This document shows, piece by piece, positions 49,638 through 60,100 of a stretch of 64,000 bases of DNA. Position 1 is the first letter of the stretch. Each line of letters starts with the position of its first letter. The notes beneath the pieces are model-generated. The model was not told the origin of the DNA. It did no database searches and saw nothing but the letters and a program-made list of their open reading frames with translations. The position numbers and the translations under genes are program-made. Source of the DNA: an uncultured Verrucomicrobiae bacterium (lineage in GTDB: Bacteria > Verrucomicrobiota > Verrucomicrobiia > Limisphaerales > Palsa-1400); assembly GCA_963707025.1 (NCBI GenBank), contig CAVPOM010000018.1, positions 192,001 to 256,000 on the forward strand, given 5' to 3'.

Positions 49638-49859
49638 GTGACATCAGCGGAAATCATTGAGGAGATCAAACGCCTGCCTCGAGCGGAACAGAACCGAGTC
49701 ATTGATTTTGTCCGAAAAGCCGGGGAAGTCCGCCGTCTCCCCCCCGACGAGTTGGGAGAACTGGCGAGGAAAATGGCCGAGGCGAAAGATTCCGGCGAAG
49801 CCGACCGTTTGCAGACAGAGATTGTGCGTGGATTCTACGGCGGGCGAGCCGATGCCTAG
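49638..49859 (+). CDS. Small antitoxin-like protein, leaderless
   Basis: MTSAEIIEEIKRLP..EQ..V..F; preceded by TTGCAT-17-TACAAT-6-GTG. Confidence 0.7.
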   Translation: MTSAEIIEEIKRLPRAEQNRVIDFVRKAGEVRRLPPDELGELARKMAEAKDSGEADRLQTEIVRGFYGGRADA

Positions 49860-49868
49860 AATTCGTCG

Positions 49869-50264
49869 CTAGAAACCGCCGAAGAGCGGTGATTTATACT
49901 TGGCCTGTATAATCTTCGGCGGCTTGTTGCGGGCGAGCCATATAAACACTTGATTTGTGGTCACGGCTAGTGTGCCCTCGTCTCCGAACTGGCCGCCGCC
50001 GATTTCAGGGTAGCACTTGTACTGAGTGCCAGCAATTGTAACGACGTTGGTGGATAGCCAGAACCGGTCGGCTGAACTGGAGACGTTCGTGACGTATCCA
50101 TACTTCGCGAAATCCTCGGCGGCGATCTTTAGCATGTATCTGTGCTCCTTCATGCAGGCGTCTCGTTCCGACTGTCCTGAAAGGACAAGCAGTGCGCCTA
50201 AGCAGAAGAACAGGATCAGGACAATTGCTATGATCCGGTTTCTCATGGGCATCGGACTTACCAT
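49869..50264 (-). CDS. Hypothetical protein with N-terminal TM/signal, lower GC
   Basis: RIIAIVLILFFCLGALLVL; clean ORF with no recognised motif. Confidence 0.6.
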   Translation of the reverse strand: MVSPMPMRNRIIAIVLILFFCLGALLVLSGQSERDACMKEHRYMLKIAAEDFAKYGYVTNVSSSADRFWLSTNVVTIAGTQYKCYPEIGGGQFGDEGTLAVTTNQVFIWLARNKPPKIIQAKYKSPLFGGF

Positions 50265-50429
50265 GCCTGCGGTGATTTGAAAACGGAAAACCGCTTACGA
50301 AAGGCGAAGCCCTGCCCTGGTGGAGATGGCGGTGGATTCCAAGATGCGAAGGGCAAACCGGGGGCGAACTGGAATCTAGCGACCTCCCGACCAGGCAATC
50401 ATCGGGGCGGAGCGTTCGCGTGTTGGCAT

Positions 50430-50502
50430 CCCACCTTCGCGGGGCCTTCTGCCTTCGCAGGGCCTACGGCGGACAAGACGGCGGACAAGACGGTGGAAAG
50501 GC
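50430..50502. repeat. REP-like repeat (CCTTCGC...ACGGCGGACAAG family)
   Basis: ccttcgcggggccttctgccttcgcagggcctacggcggacaagacggcggacaagacggtgga. Confidence 0.6.
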
Positions 50503-50625
50503 GACACGGGAACGAGCCGCGGGGATAAGCCGGACTTTCTCGGGAATACGGAAACGGCGGGAACACCTTGATTTTGAGCAGCAAGAGCGGTTGCATTCAG
50601 GCTCGTTTGGTGTTTATTTACGGTC

Positions 50626-50835
50626 ATGACCGAAAGCGTCGTCGTCCAGGACCCTGAAATTCTCAGTGGCACGCCGGTATTTGCGGGTACTCGCGTGCCG
50701 GTGCGCAACCTGCTTGATTACCTGGAGGGCGGTTACACGCTCGACGAGTTTCTGGATGACTTTCCCGGAGTAACCAAAGCCCAGGTGGTTGCGTTTCTGG
50801 AGCAGGCCAGCGCCAAACTCCTTGTGACGGCTTGA
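50626..50835 (+). CDS. DUF433 domain antitoxin
   Basis: DPEILSGTPVFAGTRVPV..LLDYLEGG..LDEFL.DFP. Confidence 0.92.
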   Translation: MTESVVVQDPEILSGTPVFAGTRVPVRNLLDYLEGGYTLDEFLDDFPGVTKAQVVAFLEQASAKLLVTA

Positions 50836-50836
50836 A

Positions 50837-51154
50837 ATGAGAGTCGTGCTCGACGAGTGCCTGCCAAGGCGATTGACCCGCGAACTGCCTGGACACGAGG
50901 CCCGCACGGTCCAGCAAATGGGATGGAGCGGCATTTCCAATGGCAAGCTGCTCTCTTTGATTCGTGGTCAATTTGACGCCTTCATCACTGTGGACAGCAA
51001 TCTGGCGTACCAGCAAAACCTCTCCGCCCTGCCGGTGGCCGTGGTTGTGTTGCGCGCGCCGTCCAACAAAATTGAAGATCTTCGCCCGCTCCTGCCCCTT
51101 TTGTTGGCGACGCTGACTGTTCTCAAGCCGTGCGAACTGCGCCTCGTGGGGTGA
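50837..51154 (+). CDS. DUF5615 PIN-like toxin
   Basis: MRVVLDECLP, GW.G..NG.LL, FITVDSNL.YQQN; follows the DUF433 gene. Confidence 0.9.
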   Translation: MRVVLDECLPRRLTRELPGHEARTVQQMGWSGISNGKLLSLIRGQFDAFITVDSNLAYQQNLSALPVAVVVLRAPSNKIEDLRPLLPLLLATLTVLKPCELRLVG

Positions 51155-51250
51155 GGGGATTCTGTCGAGCCACAGGCACGACGCTACAACGCCGGGTCAG
51201 TGGCCCGACGGGACGGGTCCCGACTGCATCGGGATGCCACCCATGCAGTA

Positions 51251-53722
51251 TTATGGGGGCAGCGGAACGGCGGCTTGGAGGGCGAGGGTGGCGGCGGTGA
51301 GGCCGGGGGCGGTGACGGTCAATAGGATTGTGCCGGTCGGGGCGGTGGCTTTGAGGAAGGCAACGCAGCGGCCCTGGAAGGCGCGGCGTTCGGCGGCCTG
51401 AAAGGGTTCGTGGCTGGAGTTGTCGGAATTGTCCACGGCGGCGATAACGCCGGGGCCGGAGAGATTGAAGGTGATCAGATCGTTGGCGGCGGGGACGGGC
51501 TGGCCGTCTTTGTCCACCACGGTGGCGGTGACGCGGCAAACATCATCCCAGTCGGCGGCGATTTTGGAGGCGGTGGCGGCGAGTTGGATTCTGGCGGGCG
51601 GGCCGGCGGTGCGGAGCCGGCTTTCGGCGACGGCGACGCCGCGGTTTTTGGCGACGGCGCTGAGGGTTCCCGGCGCAAAGTCCACTTTCCAAGTGCGCGG
51701 CGTGGCGTCATCATGCAGTTTTTGCGATCCGAGGGACTGGCCGTTGAGAAATAATTCCACCTCCTCGCAGTTGGCATAGACTTCGACGTTTTCCTGGTGG
51801 GGAGCTGAGTTTTGCGGGGTCCAATCGTCGAAGAGGACCTGGGGGCGGCGCAGGACGTTCTGCTGGGCGGGTTCGTAACCGGGATCGGTTGGGGAAGGCA
51901 TGGAGGCGGCGCTGCGGCGGGTGATGGAAACGATGGGCTGGCCGCTCCACCAGCTCTGGCGCTCGGCGGCCATCGGTTTGGGAGCGCCTGTGCGATCCAA
52001 CAGGCCGGAGCCGGCGGCGATGACCGGCCAGCGGCCCGCTTCGCCCAGATAGTCAATGCCGCTCCAGAGGAATTGGCCGGCGTAAGGGGCGTTGTCGCGC
52101 ACGTAGAGCCAGGCGCCGCGGTCGTGATGGTTTTCCGTGCCGATGATTTTGCGGGAGGGCTTTTGCTGATGGGCGGCGAGCAGTTCGTTGTCGCGATAAT
52201 TGGTGCCGATGACGTCGAGGAGGTCGGCCAGGCCGTTGTCGTAATCGTGGCTGACGTTGGGGCGGAAGAGGGCCTGGGTGACGGGACGGGAGGGATCGTT
52301 TTCATGGAAGACCTGAACCAGGCCAGCGAGGATTCTCTTGGAGAGGGCGGCATTGGGGGTGTCGTGAATTTCGTTGCCGGCGCTGTAAAGTATAATTGAG
52401 GGATGATTGCGGTCGCGCCGCACGGTGTCGCGGGTGTCGGTCAGCGACCAGTCGTTGAAATAAAGGTGATAATCGTAGCGGCTCTTGCCCACGGTCCAGC
52501 AATCGAACATTTCGTCCATGACGAGAAAGCCCATGCGGTCGCAGACATCGAGGAAGGCGGGGTCGGGAGGATTGTGGGCGGTGCGGACGGCGTTGGCGCC
52601 GAGGAGCCTGAGGGCGGCCAGGCGCTGCTCCCACACGGCCGGGGGCACGGCGATGCCGAAAGCGCCGGCGTCCTGATGGAGGCAGACGCCCTTGATTTTG
52701 AGGTTTTTTCCGTTGAGCCAGAATCCGGTGTCCGCCTCAAATTTGGCCTCGCGGATGCCGAAGGGAATGACTTCCTCGTCGAGCTTCACCGCTTCAGTGG
52801 AGGCGGCGGTGCTGACCGGATGGAATATCGTTCGGGGATCGGCTGCGGCGGCGAGCGTGATTAGCGTGACGCGGGCGCGATAAAGGACGGGATTGTCCAA
52901 ATCCCAACGCCGCGGATTGTTGACAACAATGTCCTGGTCAAATTGCGCCGAATCTCCGGCGGCGAGATTCAGGGATTTGCTGTCACCCTTGGCCGCGGAT
53001 TTTCCGTCCGGATCGAGCAAGTCAACCATCAGGAAAATTTCGCGCGGCGAAGCGGATTGGTTGGTGACGGCGCATTGGACGCGGACGGTGGCCTGGGCGG
53101 CGGAGACTTGCGGGGTGGTGACGAAGACGCCCCAGTGGGCGATGTGAACCGGACCGGTCGCGACGAGGCGAACGTGACGGTAAATGCCAGCGCCGAAATA
53201 ATAACGGGAGGCCGGTTGGGCCGAGGTGTCGGCGCGGACGGCGAGAACATTATCCGCGCCGCCGAAATGCAAATGGCCGGTGAGTTCGTATTGGAAACCG
53301 ACGTAGCCGTAAGGACGGTGGCCGAGGTTGAAGCCGTTGATCCAGACATCGCTGTTGGCCATCACGCCGTCGAATTCAATGAAGACGCGGCGGGCGGAGA
53401 AATTTTCCGGGAGGGAAAAATGTTTGCGGTACCAGCCGACGCCGGCGGGGAGAAAGGCGCCCGCGCCGCCGGTGGCATTGGAGGAGGCAAAGGGGCCTTC
53501 GATGCTCCAATCGTGGGGCACATCCAATTTGCGCCAGGCGGCGTCGGCCAAGGCGGGTTGTTCGGCGCCCGGGGCGTCGGATTTGAGGAAGAGCCAGGCG
53601 GAGTCGAAGGACTGGGTGGAGCGGGGCGAGGAAAGAGGGGGGCGGACCCTTGGCGGCATGGCGGTGCAGGAAGCAACCAGCGCAACGATTACGAAGGCGA
53701 AGCGGAATGCGTTTTTTTTCAT
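51251..53722 (-). CDS. Glycoside hydrolase family 2 (beta-galactosidase-like), lipoprotein
   Basis: PHDWSIE, GWYRK, FDGVM, GIYR, KGVCLH.D, RTAHNPP, RDRNHPSII.YS.GNE, WSGIDYLGE; ASC lipobox. Confidence 0.93.
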   Translation of the reverse strand: MKKNAFRFAFVIVALVASCTAMPPRVRPPLSSPRSTQSFDSAWLFLKSDAPGAEQPALADAAWRKLDVPHDWSIEGPFASSNATGGAGAFLPAGVGWYRKHFSLPENFSARRVFIEFDGVMANSDVWINGFNLGHRPYGYVGFQYELTGHLHFGGADNVLAVRADTSAQPASRYYFGAGIYRHVRLVATGPVHIAHWGVFVTTPQVSAAQATVRVQCAVTNQSASPREIFLMVDLLDPDGKSAAKGDSKSLNLAAGDSAQFDQDIVVNNPRRWDLDNPVLYRARVTLITLAAAADPRTIFHPVSTAASTEAVKLDEEVIPFGIREAKFEADTGFWLNGKNLKIKGVCLHQDAGAFGIAVPPAVWEQRLAALRLLGANAVRTAHNPPDPAFLDVCDRMGFLVMDEMFDCWTVGKSRYDYHLYFNDWSLTDTRDTVRRDRNHPSIILYSAGNEIHDTPNAALSKRILAGLVQVFHENDPSRPVTQALFRPNVSHDYDNGLADLLDVIGTNYRDNELLAAHQQKPSRKIIGTENHHDRGAWLYVRDNAPYAGQFLWSGIDYLGEAGRWPVIAAGSGLLDRTGAPKPMAAERQSWWSGQPIVSITRRSAASMPSPTDPGYEPAQQNVLRRPQVLFDDWTPQNSAPHQENVEVYANCEEVELFLNGQSLGSQKLHDDATPRTWKVDFAPGTLSAVAKNRGVAVAESRLRTAGPPARIQLAATASKIAADWDDVCRVTATVVDKDGQPVPAANDLITFNLSGPGVIAAVDNSDNSSHEPFQAAERRAFQGRCVAFLKATAPTGTILLTVTAPGLTAATLALQAAVPLPP

Positions 53723-56643
53723 TTTTGAAGGGGCCGGGTTTCCGGCGGCCAGAGATAACCGGGGGCCGGAGCCTGGCCGTCATCGGCGGCAATGGTGTCA
53801 ATAACAATGCCCGGGTCCACCATCCAGATTTTCAGGAGGTGCAGGCCGGGCCGGGCGACGGGATGGGAACTGGAGCCCAAGGCGGCGTTGCGCAGAACAT
53901 CTTCCTGCCAGCGGCGGTCGGTTTCGCTGGTGGAAACCGGCAAGGCCACGATCCTGGGGGTTTCGTTGTCGAGGGCGATGGCGTAGCGCTGGGGGCGTCC
54001 GGTTTCGACGGAGAAGGTCGGGAGGGCGCGCACGGTGAAATGCCAGTCGCCGGGATGCTGCATCCAGATTGTGTAATGCAAGGCGGGAGACTCGGCGAGG
54101 ATTTTTTGCGGGTCGGAGCGGACGGGAACCAGGGTTGGGAAAACGGCAACGGCGCTGCCCTGGTAGCCGAGGCCGCGGATGGTTTCCCAGCGGGCGTCCA
54201 GGCCGGGCAAAAAGGCGGAAGCGTGGGCGGCTTGGGCGACGATGTGGTGATTGTCCTCCACAAAATCGGCCGCGCGCATCGGGGCGGTGTCGGCCGGGTT
54301 GAAGAGGCTGAGGAGCACCGCCAGGGGCGGTTGGTTGGAGGAGGCGAACCGGATAAAGCCGCGGACATCGTCGCCCGCCGGCGCGCGCGGCCAGTCAATG
54401 GTCACCCAGAGGCGAGCCTCCTGGCCGCCGGCGCTTCGGCTAAGCTGAATCCAATCCGCGCTGGGGGCGGCCGTCCAGCGCAGCGGTTGGGAGCCGGCAT
54501 TGAAGACATCCACGAAATAAGAGCGGCGGGTCAGTTTGCTGAACTGCGGCAGCACGTTGGTGGAGAGACTTCCTTCCGTGCCCGCCAGGACGGCCTGACC
54601 GGCGCCTTCCAGGAGAAGGCCGAGTTTGGCCGGGGAGAAAGGCCTTTCCGGCACTGGAATTTTGGGGAGGGAAAAGACGGGCTGGGCGCGGGGATTGTCG
54701 GACATGATGAAGCGCCATTTGCCGCCAGCGGTGCGGTTGTTGTAAAGGTCCGTCTGCCGGGCGATTTCCTGCTGGGCGCTTTGGGCCTGGGCGAGAAGAT
54801 CGAGAGGCGGGGGGCGGCCGAGTTTGGAGCAGGCCTGATAGCGGCTGAGGGCGAGCCACTTGTCATTCATGAGGAGGGAGGCGATGACGGGATAGCCGAT
54901 GAGTTCGAAGAAAGCATCCTGCATTTCCGGGGGCAGTTTTTGGGCCAGAGCGGCGGTGAGGGCGCCCAGAGCGCGCCAGGATTGCAGGCGCTGTTCGGCC
55001 TCGTCGCCGTTGGCGGCGCTGGAAAAGATTTCGCCGGAAGTGAGAGCCATGTGTTCGGGTTTGCGCTGGAAGTTGAGGCGGTTGTATTCGGCGAAGACGG
55101 CGGAGATTTGGGGGGCGAGATCGGGGCCGAAATCGCGGGCGAATTGTTGTTCGATCAAGGCCTCGGTGTTGGAGGCGTTCCAGGAATGGGGATTCCAGGC
55201 GAGCTTGAGGAAGAATTCGATGTCCATCTCGGCCGGTTTCAAATCGCCGACGTTGAGCATCCAGACGTGATTGGCGCCGTAGTCATAGGCCTTGGACATT
55301 TCCTCGCCGATAAGAGCGGGCGGGGTGGAGCAAAGCCAGAGATAATCCTGGGGCCGGCCCCAATAGGAAACATGGTAATAGACCCCGGCCCCGCCGGCGC
55401 GGGCGCGCTCGCGGGCGTCGGAAAACTGGCGGACGTAACCGTAATTGTCGTCGGGCCAAAGGAGGGTGATGTCGGAGGGAATGTCCGGGGCGAGGCGGTA
55501 GAGGTCGAGGACTTCCTTGTAGGGGCAAAAAATCTGCGGGACGGAGGAAAGATTAGTGTTGACCCAGCGGGCGAGGAGGGCGCGCTGGTCCTGAATGATG
55601 TGGAGGAGGCGGGCGGCTTTCTCGGAGGGGGCGCCGCCGCCGGGCATGGCGCCGTCGCTAATGCCGCGCATGCCCAGGGTGTAAACGTTGTCGAAAGCGG
55701 CATTCTCGCGGACGCGCTCTTCCCAGTAATTGAGCACGCCGTCGCGATTGAGCACGTAATTGTATTCGCCGTTCTTTTCAGGCTTCCATTCGTCAATATT
55801 GTCGCGGAGCATTTGCTCGCAATGGGAGGAGCCCATGACGATGCCGTAAAGGCCGGCGATTTGCTTGTTGGTGGGAAAGGAATTGAAGGCGGGGGTGCCG
55901 GGATGCATGGCAGGCCAGAGATAGTTGGCGCGCAAACGCAGGAGCAACTCGAAGACTTTGGCGTAAGTGTGTGGGCCGATGTTGCCGGTCTCCGGCTCGA
56001 GGGTTTTGGCCGCCCAGGGGCGCAGCCCCCAATCCTCGTCGTTCAAGAAGATGCCGCGATACTTGACGGCGGGCGGCCCTTGCGTGAAAATTCCCTTGTG
56101 GACGGCCAGGAAATTTTTCCGTTTGGGCGGCACGTCGGCCCACCAGTACCACGGGGAGACGCCGATCCACTCCGATAATTGGTAGAGGCCGTAAATCGTC
56201 CCGCGCCGGTCGCTGCCGGCGATGACCAGGGCGGAGTCCACGCCGGGCAGGGGATTGTCCACCACTTGCAGCAGATAACTTTCCCACCCGCCGCCAATGC
56301 CGCCGGCCTGGATTTTTCCCGCGGCGGCGAGGCGGTCCATGACCTGGCTGCGGCCGAGCGTGCCGGCGATGATGAGGTTTTTGGCGCCGTCCGTATTTTG
56401 CTGGAGCGCGGGTTGGAGACCGGTGACGCGGGCGATGTCGGCGGCCAGATCACCGGCGGCGCGGAGGACGGCGCGGTCATCGCCGGGTTCGACAAAAATG
56501 GGGACGGGGTTTTGGCCGTCGCAGAGAACGAAGGCGTCCGGACCGGGGGAGTCGGCCAGGGAGAGTTGGGCGAAAGCAGGCGGGGCGGGCCAGAGCCAGG
56601 CGGGCAGCAGGAGCAAAGGGAAGGAGGCGCGAAAAGTGAACAT
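53719..56643 (-). CDS. Glycoside hydrolase family 115 (alpha-glucuronidase-like)
   Basis: IAGSDRRGTIYG, IGVSPWYWWADVP, YRGIFLNDEDW, LLRLRANYLWPAMH, SSHCEQM, DDNYG, NVGDLKPAE. Confidence 0.93.
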   Translation of the reverse strand: MFTFRASFPLLLLPAWLWPAPPAFAQLSLADSPGPDAFVLCDGQNPVPIFVEPGDDRAVLRAAGDLAADIARVTGLQPALQQNTDGAKNLIIAGTLGRSQVMDRLAAAGKIQAGGIGGGWESYLLQVVDNPLPGVDSALVIAGSDRRGTIYGLYQLSEWIGVSPWYWWADVPPKRKNFLAVHKGIFTQGPPAVKYRGIFLNDEDWGLRPWAAKTLEPETGNIGPHTYAKVFELLLRLRANYLWPAMHPGTPAFNSFPTNKQIAGLYGIVMGSSHCEQMLRDNIDEWKPEKNGEYNYVLNRDGVLNYWEERVRENAAFDNVYTLGMRGISDGAMPGGGAPSEKAARLLHIIQDQRALLARWVNTNLSSVPQIFCPYKEVLDLYRLAPDIPSDITLLWPDDNYGYVRQFSDARERARAGGAGVYYHVSYWGRPQDYLWLCSTPPALIGEEMSKAYDYGANHVWMLNVGDLKPAEMDIEFFLKLAWNPHSWNASNTEALIEQQFARDFGPDLAPQISAVFAEYNRLNFQRKPEHMALTSGEIFSSAANGDEAEQRLQSWRALGALTAALAQKLPPEMQDAFFELIGYPVIASLLMNDKWLALSRYQACSKLGRPPPLDLLAQAQSAQQEIARQTDLYNNRTAGGKWRFIMSDNPRAQPVFSLPKIPVPERPFSPAKLGLLLEGAGQAVLAGTEGSLSTNVLPQFSKLTRRSYFVDVFNAGSQPLRWTAAPSADWIQLSRSAGGQEARLWVTIDWPRAPAGDDVRGFIRFASSNQPPLAVLLSLFNPADTAPMRAADFVEDNHHIVAQAAHASAFLPGLDARWETIRGLGYQGSAVAVFPTLVPVRSDPQKILAESPALHYTIWMQHPGDWHFTVRALPTFSVETGRPQRYAIALDNETPRIVALPVSTSETDRRWQEDVLRNAALGSSSHPVARPGLHLLKIWMVDPGIVIDTIAADDGQAPAPGYLWPPETRPLQK

Positions 56644-56764
56644 GGCGCGAAGCGGATTCAAGAGGCCATTGAAACCACTTTTTGTCAGTTGCGCAATAAA
56701 ACAGACGACGCGGCTGCAGGAATTATGGAAAGCTTGGCAAAATCATGGGGGGCAAAATGTTGAG

Positions 56765-56874
56765 CGCCTGGAGTGCGCCGACTGGCCGGCACTGCCGCTT
56801 TCCGAAAGCGGCGGCAAGCCGCCGCCATGATGTTATTTCCCCTGGTTTGCGGCGGCCAGAGACCGCCGCTACAA
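56765..56874. repeat. Two REP-like palindromic elements
   Basis: tggagtgcgcc...tgccgctttccgaaagcggcggcaagccgccgc hairpins; gcggcggccagagaccgccgctacaa matches the 11355 element. Confidence 0.65.
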
Positions 56875-57138
56875 TCGTGGAGGCGCGTTTTGCAGAGGTC
56901 TCATTCTCTAAACAACGGCGTTTGTCGGCGGGGTGTCGTTTACCGTTCCGGCCGGCGAGCCGCCTGTGCCACCCAACGGGTTCGGACACGGGTGTGAAAG
57001 GTCCGGGCGAAAATCCGGGGCGTGCAGCGCCACCCCCTGGCCGATGCCGGTCAAAATGAGGAGAATGGGTGCCTAAATTAAGTTGTCATGTTTGCCGATA
57101 AGGAGATAGCATGAAGGCTCGAAATTGCCTGAAGTCAT

Positions 57139-60100
57139 TTGTCCAATTGCGTGAGTTCAGTCGAAACAGTTACGGCCCCTGAAAACCCGGCGACCAAGCG
57201 AGCCGGGGAGTTTTTTCGTCAGCAGAAACAGGTCAATTTCAAGGCGACGGACCGGATGTTCGCCTGGCTGATCGCTTTCGAGTGGCTGGCGGCGATGGCG
57301 GCGGCGTCGCTGATCGCCCCTACCATAGATCAGTTGAAGGAGATCCCCCAATGGCACCTGTTCGAGATGGCGGCCGGATTGTCGGGGCTGATTTACCTGC
57401 TGCCGCTGACCCTGGCCTTGTTTCATCCGGGGCGGGCATACACGCGGCATGTCATTGCCGTCGGGCAGATGTTGACGCCGTCGCTTTTTATATTTCTGAC
57501 GGGGCGGGGATTTGAAACGCATTTTTTTGTATTCGGCGCGCTGGCCTCGCTGGCGGCGTATCGGGACATCAAGGTTTTGATGACGGCCACGCTGGTGGTG
57601 GCGCTGGATGACCGGCTGGGGCAATGGGTGCAGACGATATTTTTTAATCCGACCTATTTGATGCCGTGGACGTGGGTGGAATTCACCGGCTGGGTGTTGT
57701 TTGAGGACACGCTGCTGGCCATCTGGATATGGGAGAGCCTGCGTCTGATGGCCGGATTGGCGCGGCACCAGGCGGAGGAGGAGATTCTCAATGAAATCGT
57801 GGCGCGCGAGGTGGCCGAACGGATCGAGGCGCTCAAGCAGGAGAACACCCGCTACCGGCTGGTGCAGACCTCCCTGGAACGCAGCGAAGCGAGGTTTCGT
57901 TCGTTGAGCGAGTCTTCGCCCGCCGGCATTTTTCTGGCGGATATTTCGGGGGGGCGGGTTTACAGCAATTCCAAGTGGCTGCAGATGACGGGCCTGACGC
58001 CCAGCGAAAGCATGGGGGATGGCTGGATGCGGGCTTTGCATCCGGAGGACAAGCCCGGGGTGGTGCAGTGGTGGCAACAATGCGTGCGGGAGCGCAAGGA
58101 ATACTCCCAGGAATTCCGCCTGGTGACCCCGCAGGGCGAAGTCCACTGGGTATCCTGCCGGGCCGCCTTGATTCCCACCGAAGAGCCGGCCAAGGATGAA
58201 AATGGGGATGCGATTGAAGCCAGCGAGGACAGCGGCGGTTACGTGGGCACGATGCGCGACATCACCGAATACAAGAAGGTGGAGGAAGAACTGCGGGAGG
58301 CCAAGGCCAAAGCCGACGCGGCCGTCAAGGCCAAGAGCGAATTTCTGGCCAAAATGAGCCATGAAATTCGCACGCCCATGAACGGCGTCATCGGCATGGC
58401 CAACCTGTTGCGCGACACGCCGCTGGGTTCACAACAACGCGAATATGCCGACGCCATCCGGCGCAGCGCCGAGTCGCTGCTGCTGTTGATCAACGATGTT
58501 TTGGACTTCTCCAAGTCGGAAGCCAAGAAGCTGATTTTTGAGACGATGGATTTTGATTTGCAGGAAACCATTGAAGGCTCCCTGGAGCTTCTGGCGGAAG
58601 GCGCCCAGGCCAAGAACATCGAATTGGCGGGGTTTGTGCTGGCCGATGTTCCCACCCAGCTCCGCGGCGATCCCAGACGATTGCGCCAGATTGTCGTCAA
58701 TCTGGTCAGCAACGCCGTCAAGTTCACCGAATGCGGGGAAGTGGTGGTTTCCGTCTCCAGCGTGAGGGAAAGCCAGGCACACGTGGAGCTGCGGTTTGAA
58801 GTGCGGGACACGGGCATCGGGATTGATCCGGCCACCCAGCCCAAACTGTTCCAGGTGTTCAGCCAGGCCGACAGTTCGACCACCCGCAAGTACGGGGGCA
58901 CGGGCCTGGGCCTGGCCATTTCCAAGCAACTGGTGGAATTGATGGGAGGGCAGATTGGTTTCACCAGCGTGCCGGGACAAGGCTCGACGTTTTGGTTTAC
59001 GGCCGGCTTCGACAAGCAACCCGCCGGCGCCAAAGCCGCGGCCGCCAAATCGGACAAGATCAATCTCCATGTCCTGATCGTGGACGACAACCAGACCAAC
59101 CGGCAGATACTGGAGGAATTGCTGCACAGTTGGGGCATGCGCTCCTGCGCGGCCCACGGCGCCCAGGAAGCCCTGGAAAAATTGCAGGAATCCACCCACG
59201 ATCCCATTGATGCTGTTCTTCTTGACATGCACATGCCCGGCATGAACGGCATCACCCTGGCCCATGTCATCAAATCAGACCCGGCCATCGCCAAAACCCG
59301 GGTCATCCTCCTCACCTCCCTGGGCAATTTAATGGACGACGACAAACTGGCCCGGACGGGGGTGGACGCCTGCCTGGTCAAACCGGTCAAACGCGCCCGG
59401 CTTTACGAGTGCCTGACCGGCCCGGCCAAGGAAAAGGGCGCTGCCGGGGCGGCCCCCAACCAAGGCCCCGCGCCCAAGCCGCCCATTGTGCTGGCCGCCC
59501 GCCCCCTGCGCATCCTTCTGGCCGAAGACAATCTCATCAACCAGCGCGTCGCGGTCGCCCAGTTGAAAAAACTCGGCTACTCGCCCAACGTGGTCAGCAA
59601 CGGCGTGGAAGCTTTGGAAATGGCCGTCCAGAAAGCGTATGATGTCATTTTAATGGACGTCCAGATGCCGGAGATGGACGGCTACGAAGCCACCGAGCAA
59701 ATTCGGTCGCGCGAAAAGGCCGCGGGCCGCAAACCGGTCTATATCGTCGCCATGACGGCCAACGCCATGCAGGGCGACCGCGAGAAATGCCTGGCGGCGC
59801 AGATGAGCGATTACCTCTCCAAACCGGTCAAGGACACCGAATTGAAGAAAGCGCTGGAACGCGCTCCTCTGCCGGCGGCCGGCGCCGGCGCCGATGGGGC
59901 CGCCGATTTTGTGCCGCCGGAGGCGGCCAGCGACAATGACCTGGTGGACCTGGAAAGACTGGAAGCCGCCGCCAACGAAGACCCTGCCATGTTGCAGGAA
60001 TTGGTGGAGCTTTACTTTGCCCAGGCCAAGGATTTGATGAATGGCCTGCGGGGAGCGATCAACGCCGGGTCGGCCAAGGACGTGGATCATTTCGCCCACA

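Noticed and set aside
53650..56178. 842-aa plus-strand ORF, and similar long ORFs opposite pyrG, batB, carB and the 46267 gene
   Set aside because: Shadow ORFs opposite well-supported genes.
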